A DNA stretch of 64,000 nt from Octopus vulgaris (GCA_951406725.2 OX597819.1:67890001-67954000), one strand, 5' to 3'; counted from the stretch's first letter, positions 28,157-42,230 are shown. The notes: generated by a model from the letters alone, not told the origin. Program-made: numbers and translations.

Positions 28157-28158
<2 letters not shown>

Positions 28159-28313
28159 GATAAATATCAAAGTGAGTTATGTACAGTAGCGGTAACACAT
28201 CGTGACGTATTTTTGACATTTCAATATGGCTAACCCCTAAGGGTGGATGCTACTGTAGTTTTTAGCCCCAGGAGGACGCACTCCTCCAGCTGGCCATAGA
28301 TGGCAAAAATACG

Positions 28314-28387
<74 letters not shown>

Positions 28388-28544
28388 ATGATAAATATCA
28401 AAGTGAGTTATGTACAGTAGCGGTAACACATCGTGACGTATTTTTGACATTTCAATATGGCTAACCCCTAAGGGTGGATGCTACTGTAGTTTTTAGCCCC
28501 AGGAGGACGCACTCCTCCAGCTGGCCATAGATGGCAAAAATACG

Positions 28545-28548
<4 letters not shown>
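28157..28548. repeat. Two identical 161-bp structured units separated and flanked by (TA)n
   Basis: 28157-28317 equals 28388-28548 by eye. Internal inverted repeat gtgacgtatttttg / caaaaatacgtcac. Confidence 0.9.
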
Positions 28549-28584
<36 letters not shown>

Positions 28585-28589
28585 TGCAT

Positions 28590-28860
28590 GTATGTATATG
28601 TGTGGATTTGTATGATTTATTTTATGTATGCCTTCTCATGCGTAATATTGCATAACTAGACATGATCATATATACTTAAATGATAAACTTCTGAAAGGTT
28701 TTACAGATTTTCACAGTTCCAGTGAAGGCTTGCATCTGTAGTCTTCGAATCATCTGTTTTCTTCTATTTTGTATTTCAGAAGCCTAATTTCTCAAGATTG
28801 GTATTTAAGTGAGGTGTTATATATCATAATACTCTAATAATTACAGGTATATACCTCTTC
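28590..28860 (-). mobile_element. 3' end of an RLE-type (R4-like) non-LTR retrotransposon
   Basis: Minus strand reads YIPVIIRVL*YITPHLNTNLEKLGF/RRKQMIRRLQMQAFTGTVKICKTFQKF*, then a short UTR running into CATA/TA repeats. Confidence 0.65.
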
Positions 28861-28884
28861 TCTCTCCTAAGTTATCATATCAGG

Positions 28885-28954
<70 letters not shown>

Positions 28955-28960
<6 letters not shown>

Positions 28961-29106
28961 CAAAATAAGCAACAAGAATGACTCCGGTAATTTGGTACAA
29001 TTGTTTCGCACTACATCATTTTATTAAATGTTGTAATACTTACAACATTTAATAAAATGATGTAATGCGAAACAATTGTACATTCTTGTTGCATATTTTG
29101 ATTATA
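28955..29106. repeat. Fold-back palindrome next to (TA)n
   Basis: gtacaattgtttcgca...ttgtaa tac ttacaa...tgcgaaacaattgtac, plus outer arms atcaaaataagcaacaagaatg / cattcttgttgcatattttgat. Confidence 0.88.
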
Positions 29107-29204
29107 ATCACCCCACAAATTTTTATGGATAACACCATACAAAATTCTGGTGCATCTAAATTAAGTACCATATTCATTCGAATCTAAATTTTTGCTGAAC
29201 TTAT

Positions 29205-29249
<45 letters not shown>

Positions 29250-29267
29250 TATATCTATATATGTATG

Positions 29268-29359
<92 letters not shown>

Positions 29360-29364
29360 GTGTG

Positions 29365-29402
<38 letters not shown>

Positions 29403-29407
<5 letters not shown>

Positions 29408-29915
29408 AAGGAAAGAAAATGGATAAAAATGGAATTATGAATGATTTATTTGTAAGATATAAAGATGTGGAAATTTTTTAAACATAGAAACAGAGATAAA
29501 TTTTAACTGGTACAACTCAAACAATGGTAGATGGGAAAATACCTACATATATCTTTCAGTTCTAGCGCTCGCTTGATATGCAATTCTAAGCAGTTGGTTA
29601 TATTCTAAGAAAGGTATCATTTTTAACTATATGAGGCAGCATCCTTCAAAACAAAAGTGTTAACCTTAGTTCTATAAGTACATAATATAGTTAAAAATTA
29701 CATCTTTCGTAGAACATAGTCAAATGCTTAGAATTACATATCAACCATGGACAAGAACTGAAATATATATCTATGTATTTTCACATCTCCCATTCTTTTG
29801 AGCTTTATAGCTTATAATTTATTTGTATTGTTATGTTTTTTTTAGAAAAATTCAGCATACTTATACAAATCAATTATTCATGAATCCATTTTTCTCCATT
29901 TTCTTTCTTTAAATA
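29403..29915. repeat. Old diverged inverted repeat with arms of about 225 bp
   Basis: Matching pairs include gaaagaaaatgga/tccattttctttc, aattctaagca/tgcttagaatt and tttttaactatat/atatagttaaaaa. Confidence 0.75.
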
Positions 29916-30245
29916 TTAATAATATGTATTACTACAATAATCTCTAACCTATCGCAGAAAACTTCGCATCATATCATAATGATTAACCAGGGGAATCTTG
30001 TGGATTATATAAACACTAATGTGGATCTAACTTCCCCGAAAAGAAGATGGAAAAGAATTTTCTGTAACAATATCTTTAATTATAAGCTACAAATGTTTGC
30101 GCACCATCTCCAATAGTAACACCAGTTTGTGCGACATTTCTAACTGAAAAAAATCACTTATGTTTGCGGTTTTAGATACTGGAGAACATTTCATCAGACT
30201 TGCATCAAAGGCGTAATATTAGTGATATGTAGATATAAATGTATG

Positions 30246-30289
<44 letters not shown>

Positions 30290-30425
30290 ATATATATATA
30301 TATATATATGTATAATTATTATTATTTGAAGGAAAAAAATCCAAACTTACAAGGAAAAAATTCCATTTAGAAATACTAAATACACATACACACACACACA
30401 CATGTATATCTATCTATCTATCTAT

Positions 30426-30488
<63 letters not shown>

Positions 30489-30539
30489 TACATATAAACA
30501 AGGTTTTTGAAACTTGTCTCTGTCTGTACACATATATAC

Positions 30540-30757
30540 TCCCTACCCATTACCGAAAGCTGAACAGTTATCTCCCTTACCCACAACAATTACAATAATA
30601 ACAAGCAATTACCTCCCTTTATTTGTCTACTTGTGAAGTCATTTACTCGTGAAGTCCATCACACACAACATGAACCAAATTTCTCCGTAAGAAAAAAATA
30701 TATTCAAATAAAACATAATATCATGAATAGCTATAGCGAAACCGGTCGATTTCTCAT

Positions 30758-30758
<1 letters not shown>
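30540..30758 (+). mobile_element. PLE terminal-repeat remnant, same family as 10780-11000
   Basis: Shares catcacacacaacatg, tattcaaataa and catgaatagc..agcgaaaccggtcgat; TA tracts nearby on both sides. Confidence 0.65.
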
Positions 30759-30812
<54 letters not shown>

Positions 30813-30853
30813 GTATGTATATATGTATGTATATATGTATATATATATGTGCG

Positions 30854-30905
<52 letters not shown>

Positions 30906-31278
30906 CATACATACATAGATATGTATATGCATTGTACATATATACATATATATATTGTCTGTGTAACGCTGCAGTTTAGAAAAAAACTTTGGGTTTCATA
31001 TCTAGCGTGAACTAGCGTGAGCTAAATTGTTTATGACAGAAAGATATATAATTTTTGTTTACTCCCATGAGCCAGGCGGCTGTCTGTACTCCAGGACGGA
31101 AACCGTGGGGAGTTGTCCACATTTTCCGAAATTTTTACTTCAAAATTGGAAAAGCTAGGTGTTAATCGTAGAAAAACAAATCGCCCTGCCATATTTTCTT
31201 ACTAGGAGAATTTCTTGTTCTATCACCGGCGTTCTTGTATTTAAAAAAAAACATTCTATGCAGAGATCAGTTATCGTT

Positions 31279-31337
31279 TAGAGAAACTGAAGAGGTGTCT
31301 ATATTAATCTGGATGTGAAACCAATGGTATATCTCTA
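31279..31337 (+). ncRNA. Type-I hammerhead ribozyme motif
   Basis: tagagaaa-CTGAAGA-g gtgtct..ggatgt-GAAA-cc aat gg-TA-tatctcta. Stem I 7/8 paired, stem III ACC/GGT, cleavage triplet GUA; stem II is wobble-rich. Confidence 0.7.
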
Positions 31338-31452
31338 AAACTTTCTTTAACATACAAAAATAAACAACTGCTTTATATTTTATAGTATATGTTCTTCTCC
31401 TGATTTATGGTCTGATAACGAATATATATATATATATATATATATACATACA

Positions 31453-31485
<33 letters not shown>

Positions 31486-31501
31486 GTATAAATATAATTA
31501 T

Positions 31502-31534
<33 letters not shown>

Positions 31535-31607
31535 CATACATACATATATATGTATACATACATATAGATATGCATATATATATATATATACATATGCATA
31601 TATATAT

Positions 31608-31649
<42 letters not shown>

Positions 31650-33685
31650 TTTTATTTATTATTTTTTTATCTAGTTTCAGCTCACAAGCTGTGGCCATGC
31701 TGGGGCACCGCCATTTGGTGTTGCTACATGATTTTACTTCACGAATGCTTTTTAGCAATTGCCATTTGGTGCATGAGAGAGTTCGATGCAGCTGTCCTCA
31801 TCTGCACCTCCTGCCGTGAAGTTGTTTCATCTGGGACACCTGACAAGAAGAGATCCAGTTTTATTTTAAAGACATCTGCATCCACCCCGTGCAGGTCTCT
31901 TAGGTTCTTCGGGAGGATATTGAAGAGCTGTGGGCCTCGGAAGATCAGGCCATCACAGTATCTTGTCCTACATCTTGATAGCAAATTTGGAGTCCTGGGC
32001 ACTGTGCAGTGGCGCCCAGTTCTGGCATTTGTGTAACTCTCGATGCCAAAGTTTGGGACAAGTCCTTCTAGGATCTTCCAGATGTATATTATGGCATATC
32101 TTTCTCGTCTACGTTCTATGGAATATAGTCTCAATCTCTTGAGTCTTTCCCAATAGCTTATATGCTGCACAGAGGCTATCTTCTTCGTGTAGCTTCGTTG
32201 GATCGCCTCAAGTTCTGTGATTATCTTGACACTGGATGATGACCATAGCTGAAAGCAATAGTCAAAGTGGCTTAGGACAAGTGTCCCCTAGAGGACCATC
32301 ATGGTTTCCTAGTCTCTTGTTCTAAAGGTTCTAAGAAGCCATCCGGTCAGTCACCTACATTTCATTGCCAATTTAGCAACATGCACATGAACAGTTGCAT
32401 CATCACTCATGTAAATACCCAGGTCTCGCACTGATTGTGCCTCTGGGATTGCAATCCCTCCAGGTCCAGTGTATTTATTGGGTATTGCATTTAGTTTTGC
32501 ATGCTGATAGCATAAAGCTTGAAACTTTTCAGCATTGAACTGAATGCTATTCTTTTCAGCCAACTTGTATATTTTGTCCAGCTCACATTGCAGGTGCTTA
32601 GTATTTTCAGGGTTCTGGACTGCATGTGAAACTTTTGTATCATCTGCATAACTTGTGATCGTGGCTCTCTGCGTGGCTGAGGCCTTGCGGATCACCGCTC
32701 ACTATTTGCGTGTTAATTGGCTACTACCACCTGACTTCTATCCTTCAGAAAGTCATGAGGCCATTCTCCCAATTTTCCAACTATGCCAAGATCACGCAGT
32801 TTGTGACATATCATTCCATGGTCGACTTTATCAAAGGCCTTTTCAAAGTCGAGAATATGACTTCCACATTTAAGTGGTTGAGCAGTCGTTTCAGTACCCA
32901 GTCATAGTGTTGTAGGAGCTGAGTTAAGCAGCTTCTTCCTGGTCGGAAACCATGCTGGGTGTCAGGCAGCAAGTCATTTTCTTCAAGGAAGGTGATTAGT
33001 TTCCTTCTGACTATTCGTTCCCTGACCTTGATGATGTGTAAGGTCAGAGAGATAGGTCTGTAGTTCTTGGCCTCCGCTCTGCTACCTCCTTTATGAATAG
33101 GGCATATTTTACCTTCCTTCAGTTTTCTTGGGAGTTTACAAGTTGCAAGGAAGCTCTGAAAGAGGAACTGCAGTGGTCTTGCTAGGACTCTCTTACGTAC
33201 TTTCTGAAAGATTGCTGGGAATCCATCGGTGCCAGTAGCTGAGTTAGTTTTCATTTCATCTATAGCCTTTATTGCATCGTCTTCCTTTATATTGATGTAA
33301 TCAATCATCGCTGCCTCTGATTTTATATCTACAGTGGTAAAGAAGTCAGTTGGATTGCTGCCTTGAAAATGCCCTAGGAGTGGCGTGAAAATGCTCTTGA
33401 ATTGCTCATTTAGTATTTCACTTACCCTCATTGGATTTCCTGTGAGTGTGCCACCCTTTTCAAGGAGTGGCCTTATCCTACAGTGCACAGTAGCTGTTTC
33501 TTTGGCATTCCTTTAGAAAGCTCTGGGGTTAGATTTTATGTTGTCTATAGCTCGGGCTTCTTTGTCTGCTCTTTCTTTTTCATGGGAGAGTTGCAGACAT
33601 TTTTCAATTTCCAACAGTTTTATTTTCAGGCGGGACTTTTCACTGCTTTCAATTTGTTTGTTTAGGCGATTTGAAACTTTTGTAC
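31650..33685 (-). mobile_element. CR1-group LINE, 5'-truncated, with intact 3' end
   Basis: NYRPISLT, QHGFRPGRSCLTQLL, KAFDKVDH, YADDTK and YWERLKRLRLYSIERRRERY. The GVPQG region appears deleted near 32690. The 3' UTR ends in a stem-loop and an A-rich tail. Confidence 0.88.
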
Positions 33686-33690
33686 GCCGT

Positions 33691-33797
<107 letters not shown>

Positions 33798-33829
33798 TAC
33801 ACTTCTGTATTTCAGGGATCAGGAATCAT

Positions 33830-34525
<696 letters not shown>

Positions 34526-34526
34526 C

Positions 34527-34577
<51 letters not shown>

Positions 34578-34714
34578 TATAATAAGCTACAAATATGCTA
34601 CAAGAAGATCACATACGATCTTACCATAAAGAAAAGAATATTCTCTAGAGGAATTCAGCAAACACTAGAACATAAGCGGGTAAGACAGATGAAAATATAC
34701 AAAATTCAGAATTA

Positions 34715-34783
34715 ATCATAGACCGATTTCGTCATTAACGATTTTACTTACGCAATCATCGTCCGTGGACTCTTCAGAACGAT
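34715..34783 (-). ncRNA. Minimal hammerhead motif
   Basis: Minus strand reads atcgtt-CTGAAGA-gtc...gac-GAAAT-cg-GTC-tatgat. Confidence 0.65.
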
Positions 34784-35124
34784 CGTTCCAATTCAATATA
34801 ATTTATAGAACTATATACGACTTGTCCTCATAAAATTAGACGTGTGTATAGTTCTACTGATAACATTGGTGTTACTTTCAAATGTCTAAGTTCTGGCGAG
34901 CTAAATCCCGGAAACAGTTCCGCAGTAGATTATTCACTGCAGTAAATATATTGCCGGTTAGAGAATATAAATATTTAAATATTTAAATAATTAGGGTGAT
35001 AAATTGAATATTAATTTAATTAACATCAATTTAAAACCAGTAGCCTATTGAGAAAAATCTGAATTTTCAAATTTTTCTATATGCTAGGTTATACGAAATG
35101 AACATAGGTGAAATTCCTTCAAAA

Positions 35125-35205
35125 ATGGTGTAGTCGTATATTATCGATGATTTCATGTACAGTATGGTGTAGTCGTATATTATCAATGATTATCATGTAC
35201 AGTAT
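35125..35205. repeat. Tandem duplication, 39-40 bp x2
   Basis: atggtgtagtcgtatattatc.atgatt.catgtacagt is repeated. Confidence 0.85.
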
Positions 35206-35380
35206 CCTCGCCATTCATCAGTACGAACATAACTAGGAAATATAGATATAAACATCTTTTCGTGTGTCTTCGATATATATATATATAAAACTTACTTGGA
35301 AAAGGATGCGTGGCATTCGATCATATTATAATATAAATAATATATAAATATATGGATATATACGCACATACATGTACATA

Positions 35381-35424
<44 letters not shown>

Positions 35425-36068
35425 TATATGGGTGCAGGACATAAAAGTCGTTGAACACAATGAGAAACGAAAACATAAAAACAAAAACAAGAAACGAACT
35501 TTTTTTCGAACAACGAAAAAGACAAACAGAGAAACGAGACATGCAACATAAAGAACATTGCCCTTCATCAGTTTCCGTGCTTCATCTACTCCGCGTTTTA
35601 CAAAGGCAAGGACAATACGCAACTTCGATGAAACAGTCCTTCCCTCAAAGTAAAGTAAATAAAATTTGGGATGTTTTGCGGAGGGTGAGAGGGGTGACAA
35701 GAATAGGGCAGTGAGAACAAAACAGTAAAAACAAATTGTGAGGGCTAATAAGCCAAGACGATAGAAGAATAAATATGAACGCTAGAAAGACGAGTTTATG
35801 AAAGCAGACTGTATAAGCACGTGTTGTCTTTAGGAAGGTAATGGACAGAAATATATATATCAGGTGGAGTTGGAATATTATAGAAGTAAATTAAAGACAT
35901 TTCAATTTAGAAATAATCTAACAATATGATTAAAAGGTATACAAAAAATATTCAATATTACCCGTTTCTATGATGAATCACATCTTACCAAATATTAATA
36001 AAACATTTGGTGTAAAATTACGTGTAAAAACATTTTATCTTCTGTCTCAATATGAAAAATGTGTCTGG

Positions 36069-36122
<54 letters not shown>

Positions 36123-36431
36123 TATATGTATATCGCCTAATTATATTTTTCTGGGACCGTATGACCTAAAGATAATACACCTAAATAAACATGGCTGATT
36201 ACTAAGTTCTACATGCATGAGTATATTTATGACTTCAGAAAACTTCAAATTTAATCAATAAATAATCCCGATAATATCTTGCCATCACAACCTAAAAGCC
36301 GGCCTAATTATTATTCGGCAGAAAACGGCTTTCCCTAGGAAAGTTTTAATTTAACAGATTATATAACATCCAGATGAATTCAAATGATTTACAATCCAAT
36401 AATGTATAGGCTGGTAGAAACTTCGATCTCA

Positions 36432-36728
36432 AGGCGGTGAGATGGCAGAAGCTTTACCACGCCGCGTGAAATGCTTAGCGGTATTTCATCTGCCGAATGT
36501 GGTGAACTGACAGAAACGTTAGCACGCTGGGCGAAATACTTAGCGGTATTTCGTCTGCCGCTACTTTCTAAGTTCAAATTCCGCCGAGGTCGACTTTGCC
36601 TTTCACAATTTCGGGGTCGATTAAATAAGTACCAGTTACGCACTGGGTTCGATATAATCGACTTAATCTGTTTGTCTGTCCTTGTTTGTCCACTCTGTGT
36701 GTAGCCCCTTGTGGGCAGTAAAGAAAAA
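36432..36728 (+). mobile_element. SINE family A, full length, with duplicated head
   Basis: Exact 16-bp TSD agaaacttcgatctca at 36416-36431 and 36729-36744. B-box-like agttcaaattcc. Head segment (..cttagcggtatttc.tctgccg) occurs twice. Confidence 0.9.
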
Positions 36729-37379
36729 AGAAACTTCGATCTCACAATCAATACTATGCTCGTTAAGAATAATAAATCTGTACTCAATTTAATGTATAGA
36801 GTTATCCTACAATTTAATATGAAAGTATTTTTATTCGAACATACAATATATTACTATATGCGCATAGGCGTGTGACGCAGTGAGCTGGTGTCATCGTTAA
36901 CACGGCGGGAAAGATGGTTTGCGGCATTTTCTCCGTCTCTACGTTTTAAGTTCAAATCATGCGGATGTCAATGTTGCCTTTCATTCCTTTGAAGTCGATA
37001 AAATAAGTACAATTTGAACATTATGGTTGACGAAACCGACTAACACCCTCCAACGATATCACTGACCTTCTGCAAAAATTTGAAGCCAGTATATGTATGT
37101 ATGTTTATCTCTGCCTCTCCCTCACTCTCTATGTGTACATATATATATATATACATGTACATGGATGCATATATATAATTATATATGTATATACATACAT
37201 AAGTGACCAAGTGCTTCTGGGCAGCAGATCTGATGAGTCGTATATATATTGCCTAGTGGCACAGAAGAGGCAAAAACCAATCGTAAATCATTGACCCTAT
37301 ATTGCCATTACCAAGAATACACTAATCGAATACATAAATTATATATATCTATACGTATATACATGCACCTCAATGAATG

Positions 37380-37428
<49 letters not shown>

Positions 37429-37803
37429 GTATATCTATACAAATAGTTATATACATAAATCCGAATGGAAATATATATATATTTGTATATATAAATACGC
37501 GCACGCGCGCACCCACACTCGCACACGCATTCCTAATTCAATATTCTATTGCCAATTCTGATGGAAGTGAAAAATTATTTGAAATTCACATCTCCTGAAA
37601 AATTTTTCTGACAAAATTCTTTAATTGACACAAATCATTAAAATGGAATTTACGTTTGTTGATATCGTTCTAGGCAAGAATAAATCTAGACAAACAGACA
37701 GACACACAAATCAGATGCACATTTATGTGTGTACACAGATACTTGATCACACAAACATACTTACATAAATACGTAGTACTTATATATACATATATATATA
37801 TAA

Positions 37804-37843
<40 letters not shown>

Positions 37844-38353
37844 CTATATATGTGTGTGTATACGTAAATACATGTAGAATAAAAAATATAAAAATGGTTA
37901 AAAACTTAAAGGGTAACAATAAACATACATTAAGAACATCAATAAGTATGACGCTATTGAAAACATAAAAAGCATTAGATAGAAAATCTATAATAGAAAA
38001 TCAAAACAAAAGGAAGAAATAAAACATCATTACCACCTTCATTTTCGAATGGCCATCAAAATTGCTTTTTAAAGATTAAAATTATCGACTTTTGCTCGTC
38101 ACCAATTTCAAAAATAATTTTGACACTTTCGCAAAACTTTCTAAAAGTATATACGTACATATATTCATCCATATGTTCTTATACATATATATACAAGCAT
38201 ATATGCATGCATGCATACATACATACATTCATATGTACATATATGCATACATACATAAATACATGCATACATATATTACACACACTCACACACCCATATA
38301 TATACATGCATACTCACATAAGTATGTATGCATATACACATATATTACATGAG

Positions 38354-38398
<45 letters not shown>

Positions 38399-38979
38399 CA
38401 CATAATGTCTATCATTTTATAGGTATGCATACACACACATATAGACACATTAATATATATATATATACATATATACAAATATATCTCAATATATATATAT
38501 ATATATACATGTACACATATGTATGTGTACAAGAATGCATATATATCTATGTGAATACACACACGCATATATATATATATATACATTGTATACACACCAG
38601 CTTGTTAGTGTCACCCTCTCTTTGTTTGATATTTTCTGCATATAGTGTGTCGTTGTTGTGTTGTTGATTATTTTTAAAGATTTATTTCCTGGAAAGTATT
38701 TATTTATTTATTAATTTCTTTGCTTACATGCCACAAAATTTTCTTTGTGTTTTGTATATTTTGTTCATTCTCAATTTTAAACTGTTATGCAGCTCCATGT
38801 TTGTTTTTCTTTATTTAGTGTAGACAAGACAAGAATCCATCGAAACTACACATGGAAAATAAAATTATTCTATGTTTACTTATTTTGTTTTCGTTATTGA
38901 CCAATTATTTTTTATCTCTATATGTCTGGCTGATCTTCGTGTGCACAAATGGAGTTGTATTCTGTCTGAAGTGAAGTTT

Positions 38980-39700
38980 GGCCCACAGTATTCTTCAATA
39001 CTGCTTGAAAGAACTGCAGATGGTCAGTCGCTCTTGGGGGATATTTTTTCCCATTCAGAATCTTCGGGTAGACACTTCTCTAAGCTCCTTATCGAGCCCT
39101 CTAATGTAAACATAAATAGTATTCAATCAATGTACATTTACCCATTTGGAGATGAAATACCGTCATAAACAACTGGAAATGACATTTCTACTGAACAAAA
39201 AGTAAATAAAAATAAATCTTCTGATCTGGCTGGTATTAATGTTGATATAGTCAAGCATAGCGGTGAGAAAATTGCAACACTACTGTACACTGCAATATCC
39301 CACTGGTGGAGGTGGGACGACGTACCACAAAAATAAGTTGATACTCTTATGGTCACTGTTTTTCTAATCTGGCTGTCAGAAATATTATGGAACTTTTAGA
39401 ATCATTCCTCTATTGTTTGTATTCGGTTAGGTTCTAACTCGTCTTATAGGTGCGGCTTAAGAAGTTTACAGTGCCAAGAGTCGTATTACAGTTATAATGA
39501 AATTTTCGTGCGGAAAGAGGCACTACCGATATGGTCTTCGCAATTAGACAAATGTAGCAAAACATTTCAAAGAGAGCCGCGCGCTCTACGATTGTTTTTT
39601 CTTTTCTTTTTGTCTCAGTAAGGAATTCAATGAATGAGAATTTCTCGTGACTGGTTTTGTATAAATATGGTTGCACTCAAAATTTTGCGAATATTTTGAA
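38980..39700 (+). mobile_element. RTE/BovB-like LINE relic
   Basis: GPQ..TADGQSLL..HFSKLL, KSSDLAGINVDIVKHSG and NFRAERGTTDMVFAIRQM match RTE ORF motifs; many stops. Confidence 0.65.
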
Positions 39701-39899
39701 AGATTGTGATGTCGAATAAACAGACTAAACTTCATGGGTTACACTTTCTTTAGGACAGGGAAACTTTGATGAACCCTTTCCCTTTATCATATACTTGGCT
39801 GTCATGTCATACCATGATCCTCAATATAAACATAAGGGGATTTATGAGATATTGTGCTGGAGAGAGTGTGTTTAATTCGATGAAATTTAAGAGTCAAGA

Positions 39900-40813
39900 A
39901 GAAGAAGAAGAAGAAGAAGAAGAAACAAAAGCTATAAAACAAATGAAATCCAAACTAAAACTAGAACAGCAACGGACCATAATAAAACGATAGCAAGAAA
40001 AGCCCCTTCATGGCAAATACTGGAGTAAACTAAATGCAAAAGAAATAGAAAGAGAAAAATCCCAGCAATGGTTGAGAACCTCAGAACTCCAGGCAGAGAC
40101 GGAGGGATTATTAATTACAGCACAAGACCAAAACCTCCCCACCAGAAATTACCAAAAATATATAAGGAAAAAGAACATAACAAGTAACTGCAGAATATGT
40201 GGAGATGGACAAGAAATAATAAATCACATTATCTCTGGCTGCCCAGTCCTGGCTAAGAAGGAATATACTCACAGACACGACAGAGTTGGGACCTACATAC
40301 ACTGGAAGCTATGCCAGTGGAATAACATTAGAAAAAAAGATGGTATAGGCACACACCAGAAACGGTCACAGAAAATGCGAAAGAAACCAAACTCTGGGAT
40401 ATGCCAATACACACAGATAGAGAAATTAAGGCCAGCAGGCCAGATATTGTTGTCAGAGATCATGAAAAAACAATGCTTTCTAATTGATGTATCAATACCA
40501 GCAGAATGACAACGTTTCTCGAAAAGAAATGGGAAACTTTCAAAATACAAAGACCTGGAAATAGAGGTAACTCGAATAGTAGGCACATTAGGTATGATAA
40601 AAAATATTCCGACACATACCTAACAAAAACACCAGGACATACAAATATATACAACATACAGAAAATCACACTACTGGGCACTGCACACATCCTACACAAA
40701 ACACTTTCAATACAATAACCAATCAGAGAATCTCAACAAACCACAGCACATACCCAAGGCACACAGAGCTGCGCTCGGTAGTGAAGTAAAAGCACGCTAT
40801 AAGAATAAAACTA

Positions 40814-40817
<4 letters not shown>
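39900..40817 (+). mobile_element. Dong/R4-type retrotransposon, 5'-truncated, ending in (TAA)n
   Basis: EKPLHGKY, ETEGLLITAQDQ, CRIC..HIISGC zinc knuckle, RHD, RPDIV..IDVSIP and ITLLGTAHIL, then a (TAA)/(TAG) array. Confidence 0.9.
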
Positions 40818-40850
<33 letters not shown>

Positions 40851-40855
40851 GTAGC

Positions 40856-40920
<65 letters not shown>

Positions 40921-40939
40921 CAGTATTAGCAGCAGCAGC

Positions 40940-41021
<82 letters not shown>

Positions 41022-41107
41022 ATAACAACAATAACAACAACATTAAGGATAATAATAATATTGAAAAATACCTTAGGAATGAGAATCCAGATGCGAAATT
41101 TCCCCAA

Positions 41108-41153
41108 GACACCTGATGAATGATGGAGTGTATATCAGCCGAAACGTTGTGTT
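41108..41153 (+). ncRNA. Minimal hammerhead motif (same family as 34327)
   Basis: gacac-CTGATGA-a..cagcc-GAAAC-GTT-gtgtt. Stem I is gacac/gtgtt; AACGTT in stem III is palindromic. Confidence 0.65.
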
Positions 41154-41944
41154 AACAACAAACAAGATAAGGACAAATATCCGTCAAATGTAAATAATGT
41201 AAGTAATGCTTTTTCTGACCTAAGGACCACAATCTGATATATACACCTATGTGCATGTCTGTGAATGTGTGTGCGCGTCTGTATGTATGTGTGTGTGTGT
41301 GAGAGAGAGAGAGAGGGAGAGAGAAAGATGGAGAGAAGGGGATAGAACGAAAGAGTATCTATAATTTAAATAAATAATATATAAATTGCCAGGAAGAAAT
41401 AAACGAAACATTTAAGTAAATTTAAGGGCTGAGATTTATGATAATTTTATTGCAATTATTTCACAAAGAACCCAGAAAGCTCCAAGCATACACACAACAC
41501 ATAAACGCACATACAGATGCACTCACAAACGACACACGCCCACACACACACACATACTGATTCACCCATTAATATACATATATGGTTTTAGGCGTTTTTG
41601 TGTTCGTCTCTTTGCGCTTGCGTATCAGTCTGTGCATATGTCTGTCTGTGTATCTGAACATGCACATGTTTGTTAAATATATGCTTTTTTGTTTGTTTGT
41701 TTTTTTACCTGTAAACTTGTGATAATATTTAAGATTATTTTAAGAATATAAGTTTATCTTCGTAGAATGCTTGCGGTGAAAATGTGTTCAATTATTAATA
41801 TATCTTTCTATTTTCAATCAGAAGGGTTACCTAAACAATTTGCATGAAATATGTTACAAAATAGTGAAAAATAACACCTTTATTCATAAATGTGTAAACA
41901 TGTGGAGTAGATTTTAAGGCGAGGGCATTGCACGAATATACTCA

Positions 41945-42149
41945 GTTTTACTTGTTTCAGTCATTTGACTGAGGCCATGCTGGAACACTACCTTTACTCG
42001 AGCAGTTCAACCCCACGACATATTCTTTGTACGCCGAGTAATTATTCTATCGGTCTTTTTTGCCGAACCGCTAAGTTACGGGAACGTAAACACACCAGCA
42101 TTTGCTGTCAAGCGATGTTGCGGGGATAAACACAGAAACACAAACATGT

Positions 42150-42230
<81 letters not shown>

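Noticed and set aside
28157-28548. Repeat-spacer pattern as a CRISPR array, or the unit as a SECIS element
   Set aside because: Eukaryotic context, only two 161-bp units with a TA spacer, and no cas genes. The stem is Watson-Crick with no tandem GA quartet.
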